Shown here: piece by piece, positions 26,715 through 31,010 of the stretch | How positions within the stretch are numbered: the stretch's first letter is position 1 | Layout: each line of letters starts with the position of its first letter | From: a virus | Lineage: Duplodnaviria > Caudoviricetes | Length of the DNA stretch: 31,010 bases | Virus record (IMG/VR): IMGVR_UViG_3300016476_000040 | Location: 1-31,010 of that record | Reading direction: 5' to 3' (one strand) | Position numbers and translations under genes: made by a program | Notes under the pieces: model-generated | Database searches by the model: none | Seen by the model: only the letters and a program-made list of their open reading frames with translations | Told to the model about the DNA's origin: nothing

Positions 26715-28907
26715 ATGGCAGAAAAAGAAAGCGGCGAAGACATTCTCCGTGCCATTTTAGAAAAAGGGAATAAGAACGTCAAAGATCAAGTCATAAAGAT
26801 TCTTGGCGAGCAGCCGGCTGTCCCGAAGTCAACGACTAAGCCCCGCAGAAAGAAACTGGGTGAGATTGTAGGTAGAGTCGGTAAAACTAACTTCTTTAGA
26901 ACAGCTGATGGTAGTATTGTTGACGATAAAGGTGAAAACGTTTCTGCCAGATTAGCTAAAGCATTTTCTAAGTACAAACCAACCGAGCCTGCTGCTACGG
27001 GAAAACCGTTAAAGACGGTTGAACGTGAGCTTCGCCGCAGCATACAGCATACAAATAATATAATCAAAGCGCAAGAGGTTATCAATAAAAAGATGCCTAT
27101 TGCGCATGAGCATATATTGAAAATCGTTGATAAGATGTCAAAGCAAAACGAGATAATCGTTGCTTCATTTATTCAGCAAAATCAAGATATGCAAGATAAG
27201 CTGATTGAAGCTATGACTGGCGTGAAAGCTCCTACGAGAGCTGGCGGCGCACAGCGCAGAGTTTCAAGAGGAGTTGGTGCATCAAGAGCCGCTGCTCGTA
27301 GATCATTTGCTAATGCAGCTGAACGCGCCAAATATGTTCGCGAACGTGCCGAACGTATAGCTGACGTTCGTATGAAAAGGAATATCGCCGTCGCAGCTGG
27401 TGCTGGTATTGTCGGCGCAGGAGTTGGTGCATTAGCCGCAGCTGCTGTTACTGGTTTGGGACAAACGCCTCCTCCCCCAGCTACTCCAGCGCCTGGACCA
27501 GATGTTACGACGTCTTCTTATACAGGAACTAATGACCAGATCATGAGAACCATCAGACAAAAAGAGTCTGGTGGAAAATATCAAGTTCTTAACTATGCAT
27601 GGCCTAAATCAACTGCTTCGGGTGCTTATCAGTTCATTGGTTCGACATGGAAATCACTCACAAGCAAGTATGGTATAGGAACAGAGTATCAATATGCCTA
27701 TCAGGCGCCACCTGAAATACAGGACGCTGTTGCTGATAGATATATCTCAGACATTCTAAAGATGCCTGCTGTTAATGGCGATGTGTCAAAAGTGCCTCTC
27801 GTATGGTACACAGGTAATCCGCAGGGTCAGATATCCGCATCAGCTAAAGCTCTTAATAGAGGACTAGATCCAGCGAAATATCAAGCTGACTGGTTAAAAG
27901 AATTTGAGCGTCAGGGTGGTCAGAAGAGTCAGGGTCCAGCAGTAGCCGCAGCAGGCGCGGCGACAGCAACAGCTGCTGCCACGACACAACAAACTCCTAG
28001 AGCTCCAGCTGGTACAGGCGCAGTATCAAGCAGTGGAGGAGCAACTACAACAGGAGCACCACAGCAAGTTCCAGGTCCATCAGGTCCGTCGTCGAGCGTT
28101 TCTGCAGCAGCTACAGCAGCAAGTGTGCCGCCAGGAACTCCTATCGGAAAGGCTACTGAGCAATCACCGATAGGAACTGGTGACGTCGGTAATGTTAAGA
28201 TGACGAACCAAGGTGCGATTCGTAATCAGCCAATCACACCATATCTTATGAATGCCATTTCAACTGCTATTCGCGACGTCTATGGAGCAGGTGCTCGAGC
28301 AGAAGTTTACTCAGGTGGTCAACCTGCATGGTCGCCGTATGCGCGCGATCGTACGGGATCAACGCGACATGATAATGGTATGGCTGCTGACGTTTATGTT
28401 TACGTTGGTGGTCGTAAAGTGATGGGAGATGATCTAGCTCGTCTTGCTCAATATTGGGCTGCTCGTAAGCTCGGTGGCGTTGGTATTGAAATGCGTGGCG
28501 GTGGTATTCACTTGGATCAACATACCAATCGTCATCCATTCTGGTTCTATAACGGTGGCGAGAGCGCCCGCGCCCGCGCGATGGTCATGGCTGGCGTTCA
28601 GGGACAGATGCCGAGCGATACTGGCCAAACGATGATTGCCGAAGCTCCAGGCGTACCAGCTCCATCATCAGCAGGAGGAGCGCCCAGACAATATGGTATG
28701 CTTGGTCCAACATCAAGAGCAGCTGAGATTAGAGATATGCGTGAAGCATATGCTGCACAAAGACCAATCATCATTGATAACAACGTAACAAACATGAACC
28801 AGATCATCTACAGAAATTCACATCCTTTGGGACAGAGAGATGTAGAGTTTAATCCATTCGCAATGGCATTAGGCTTTGGAATTGGTAAAGCTCTGAGGTT
28901 ATTCTAA
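26715..28907 (+). CDS. Tape-measure/hub-like virion protein with lysozyme-like and M15-like peptidase domains
   Basis: Helical N-terminus and hydrophobic AAGAGIVGAGVGALAAAAV segment. IRQKESGG.Y...SASGAYQFI.STW (approx. 27531-27906) is lysozyme-like; HDNGMAAD...IHLD (approx. 28219-28523) is a Zn peptidase pattern. Confidence 0.65.
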   Translation: MAEKESGEDILRAILEKGNKNVKDQVIKILGEQPAVPKSTTKPRRKKLGEIVGRVGKTNFFRTADGSIVDDKGENVSARLAKAFSKYKPTEPAATGKPLKTVERELRRSIQHTNNIIKAQEVINKKMPIAHEHILKIVDKMSKQNEIIVASFIQQNQDMQDKLIEAMTGVKAPTRAGGAQRRVSRGVGASRAAARRSFANAAERAKYVRERAERIADVRMKRNIAVAAGAGIVGAGVGALAAAAVTGLGQTPPPPATPAPGPDVTTSSYTGTNDQIMRTIRQKESGGKYQVLNYAWPKSTASGAYQFIGSTWKSLTSKYGIGTEYQYAYQAPPEIQDAVADRYISDILKMPAVNGDVSKVPLVWYTGNPQGQISASAKALNRGLDPAKYQADWLKEFERQGGQKSQGPAVAAAGAATATAAATTQQTPRAPAGTGAVSSSGGATTTGAPQQVPGPSGPSSSVSAAATAASVPPGTPIGKATEQSPIGTGDVGNVKMTNQGAIRNQPITPYLMNAISTAIRDVYGAGARAEVYSGGQPAWSPYARDRTGSTRHDNGMAADVYVYVGGRKVMGDDLARLAQYWAARKLGGVGIEMRGGGIHLDQHTNRHPFWFYNGGESARARAMVMAGVQGQMPSDTGQTMIAEAPGVPAPSSAGGAPRQYGMLGPTSRAAEIRDMREAYAAQRPIIIDNNVTNMNQIIYRNSHPLGQRDVEFNPFAMALGFGIGKALRLF

Positions 28908-30658
28908 TGGCTATTTCAAATCTAGTTACACCTTCTCAGTATTATCAAAAGCCAAGCGTCGCTGGTATGTTTGGTCAGTCGCGAATGGCGAATGATAATC
29001 TTTCGAAACAGTCTTCATCTATTCTGAATGAGTCGTTCGTTGTTTCTGTTTCTAATTCTATCGTTAAACTGAATGATCAGTTATCAAAGCTGCAAGAGAA
29101 CTCAAAGTCTCTGATCAAATCTATTGACGTTGTTGTAGGTTCAATTAGAAAACTTGATAGAGATATGACTCAGCGTTTTAGAAAGCTGAACGCTGAGATT
29201 AAAGCATCGCAACCTGATTTCAGTAAATTTGCTTTTAGAGCACCTCCCCTACCTCTTATGGATATGGGTCAGAGCAACATACCAACAGGAACGCTCGCTG
29301 ATCCATCTAGCTGGAAGTTTCCTCCTATCGTTTCGCCGATAATTCCTCCTGTCGGTGGCGGTGGTAAAGGTGGAACAGGCGGAGGTCAAGAAAGACCAAA
29401 GCCTAAGCCAGGAGGAGCTAAACAACCATCAGGCACAACAGGCGTAACAGAAGAGCCTAAAGCGAAACCGTCTCCAGCTCCTGAGAAACCTCCTGCTGGA
29501 ACACCAGAGACTGCTCCGAAGACAGGTGTTGTCTCAGGTGAACCAGAAAGAGCGCCTGTATTCGATGAAAAGGCACAGCGTTTCCGCGATCTGAAAACAG
29601 GAAGATTTAAGTCATTCGATACTATTGAACAGCTAGCCGCTAGAAATAATGCTCTTAGTAATGCAGTCAAGAAGACAGGCGGTGTTCTCGGACGATTCGG
29701 CGGTATTATAGGTGGTCTTGCTGAAGCGATTATGGCAGTTCCAGCTGCGAAAGCTGAGTATGAAAAATATCAGGAGACTGGCGACAAACAACATCTAAAG
29801 AACGCATACGAAATCGCTGGTGGCGCTGGAGGTTCTTTAGTTGGCGCTTTTGCTGGTGGTGAAGCTGGAGCTCTGGTAGGAAGCGTTCTTCCTGGAGTTG
29901 GTACAGCAGCAGGCGCAGTAATCGGCGGTCTAGTAGGTAGCATGGGAGGCAGCACTTTAGGTAGAGTTGCTGCAAGAGCTGCATATAACGTCAATCACGA
30001 GGGTATGACCTTCGAAGAAGCATATGGATTAGAACTACTGAAAGTCATCAAGGAAGAGAAGCAATCTGCTCTTGATGATATAATCAAGAAACAAAGCGAA
30101 AGACTAGGATCAGTTCAAGAACAGAACTACATTGGTCGACAGAATCTAATCAACCAGCAATCACGCGAACTTGCTGATATTAGTCAGCGAGTGGCAGAAC
30201 GTGAACGAGCGATTCGTGATCAACAGGGTGAAGCTGCTGGTTTCATGGGTACATCTGGTGAAATACTACAGCGAAGCATCAATGCTGCTCCACCGCCAAC
30301 TGGATCACCTAATCAACCAGAAACAAAAGAAGAGGGTGGAGAACGAGGTAGTCCTTCAGCATCAGCCGAAACCAGCTCACAAGCTGCTGCAGAAGACGCA
30401 AGAAAAATGCGTCAGCAATCTGTTGCGCCAAGTGCTGCTCCTGCTCCTACTACGCCAGCTGCACCACCTCCACCACCTAGACCACAAAGAATGAGTGATG
30501 CGTCTGCTACACCAATCATCAGCAGAACGACAAACGTTTCTTCTAGTTCTCAGAGCGGCGAAAACAGAAACGTGACGAATCCTAACATGCAGATGACTGC
30601 GCAGAATGAGTTCCTAAGAGAAACATTGGCTCGTCAAGTAATCAACGAAACTGCATAA
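28907..30658 (+). CDS. Second tape-measure-like (gp29-like) protein
   Basis: Coiled-coil stretches, glycine-zipper segments (GGSLVGAFAGGEAGALVGS..PGVGTAAGAVIGGLVG) and Pro-rich linkers. Position between gp51 and gp32 is typical. Confidence 0.55.
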   Translation: MAISNLVTPSQYYQKPSVAGMFGQSRMANDNLSKQSSSILNESFVVSVSNSIVKLNDQLSKLQENSKSLIKSIDVVVGSIRKLDRDMTQRFRKLNAEIKASQPDFSKFAFRAPPLPLMDMGQSNIPTGTLADPSSWKFPPIVSPIIPPVGGGGKGGTGGGQERPKPKPGGAKQPSGTTGVTEEPKAKPSPAPEKPPAGTPETAPKTGVVSGEPERAPVFDEKAQRFRDLKTGRFKSFDTIEQLAARNNALSNAVKKTGGVLGRFGGIIGGLAEAIMAVPAAKAEYEKYQETGDKQHLKNAYEIAGGAGGSLVGAFAGGEAGALVGSVLPGVGTAAGAVIGGLVGSMGGSTLGRVAARAAYNVNHEGMTFEEAYGLELLKVIKEEKQSALDDIIKKQSERLGSVQEQNYIGRQNLINQQSRELADISQRVAERERAIRDQQGEAAGFMGTSGEILQRSINAAPPPTGSPNQPETKEEGGERGSPSASAETSSQAAAEDARKMRQQSVAPSAAPAPTTPAAPPPPPRPQRMSDASATPIISRTTNVSSSSQSGENRNVTNPNMQMTAQNEFLRETLARQVINETA

Positions 30659-30682
30659 AAAAGGGGGAGCCGAAGCTCCCCC
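30657..30682 (-). terminator. Rho-independent terminator with cUUCGg tetraloop (gp32)
   Basis: Minus strand reads GGGGGAGC-TTCG-GCTCCCCC-TTTTTT. Confidence 0.92.
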
Positions 30683-30687
30683 AGGCT

Positions 30688-30717
30688 ATCACAGGTGAAA
30701 GGAATAAGCCCTGTGAT
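30688..30717. other. Stem-loop in the gp32 3' UTR
   Basis: ATCACAGG (30688-30695) and CCTGTGAT (30710-30717) form a perfect 8-bp stem with a 14-nt loop. Confidence 0.75.
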
Positions 30718-31010
30718 TATTCATCGTCCTCAGCGAGCTTGTTGAAGAACTCCAGATCATCATCGTCGTGCATAGCTGGCTTCTTAGGAGCAGCGGCAGT
30801 CTTACCAACTGCAGGAGCAGCAGCAGGACGAGGAGCTGGACGTTCGAACGGAAGATCATCATCTTCATCGCTCTTACGAGGAGCACCATTTGGTTCAGAC
30901 AGAACCTTCTCAAGGCGCTTCTTCAGTTCTTCATAGCTCTTGAACTTATCTGGAGCAACCAGTTCAGCGAGTGAGTGCTGAGACTTCCAGATTGCTTCCA
31001 TGTCATCATC
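30717..31010 (-). CDS. gp32: Single-stranded DNA-binding protein gp32, C-terminal part
   Basis: DDDMEAIWKSQHSL.ELVAPDKFKSYEELKKRL..VL and acidic tail DDDDLEFFNKLAEDDE. The frame is open to the window edge. Confidence 0.93.
   Translation of the reverse strand, partial: DDDMEAIWKSQHSLAELVAPDKFKSYEELKKRLEKVLSEPNGAPRKSDEDDDLPFERPAPRPAAAPAVGKTAAAPKKPAMHDDDDLEFFNKLAEDDE

Noticed and set aside
28985-29002. MANDNL peptide resembling the start of the ssrA tag (ANDN)
   Set aside because: A single four-residue match is too weak to infer host or function.
1-31010. Stop-codon reassignment as the explanation for split genes
   Set aside because: TAA, TAG and TGA all end well-defined genes, long ORFs are intact under code 11, and the gp5 pieces are not in the same frame.

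Overview
This 31-kb window is the baseplate/tail morphogenesis region of a T4-like (Tevenvirinae/Kyanoviridae-like) myovirus using the standard genetic code. The minus-strand late block (24040->1) reads gp48, gp53, a hub/tail protein, a gp5 locus split across separate ORFs, a glycine-zipper protein, gp25, gp6, gp7, a 184-aa structural insert, gp8, a VrlC-like 2,096-aa protein, a 70-aa ORF, a tail fibre, two glycine-rich adhesin-like proteins and a partial ORF. The divergent plus-strand block reads gp4, gp2, a gp54/gp19-like tube protein, gp26, gp51 and two tape-measure-like proteins, the first carrying two predicted peptidoglycan hydrolase domains. It converges on the 3' end of gp32 at a cUUCGg terminator. 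The main oddities are: (1) a T-TTT-TTT slippery site that would fuse gp26 to gp51 by -1 frameshift, as in lambda G/GT; (2) a perfect sigma70 promoter firing antisense into the spike genes, back-to-back with a late promoter; (3) a gp5 locus in three ORFs with an Ig-like domain but no lysozyme and no PAAR; (4) strong Ala-Asn(-Thr/Ser) enrichment in surface virion proteins; (5) an anti-Shine-Dalgarno hairpin loop in the gp32 3' UTR. All family calls come from motif recognition and synteny by eye; no searches were run.
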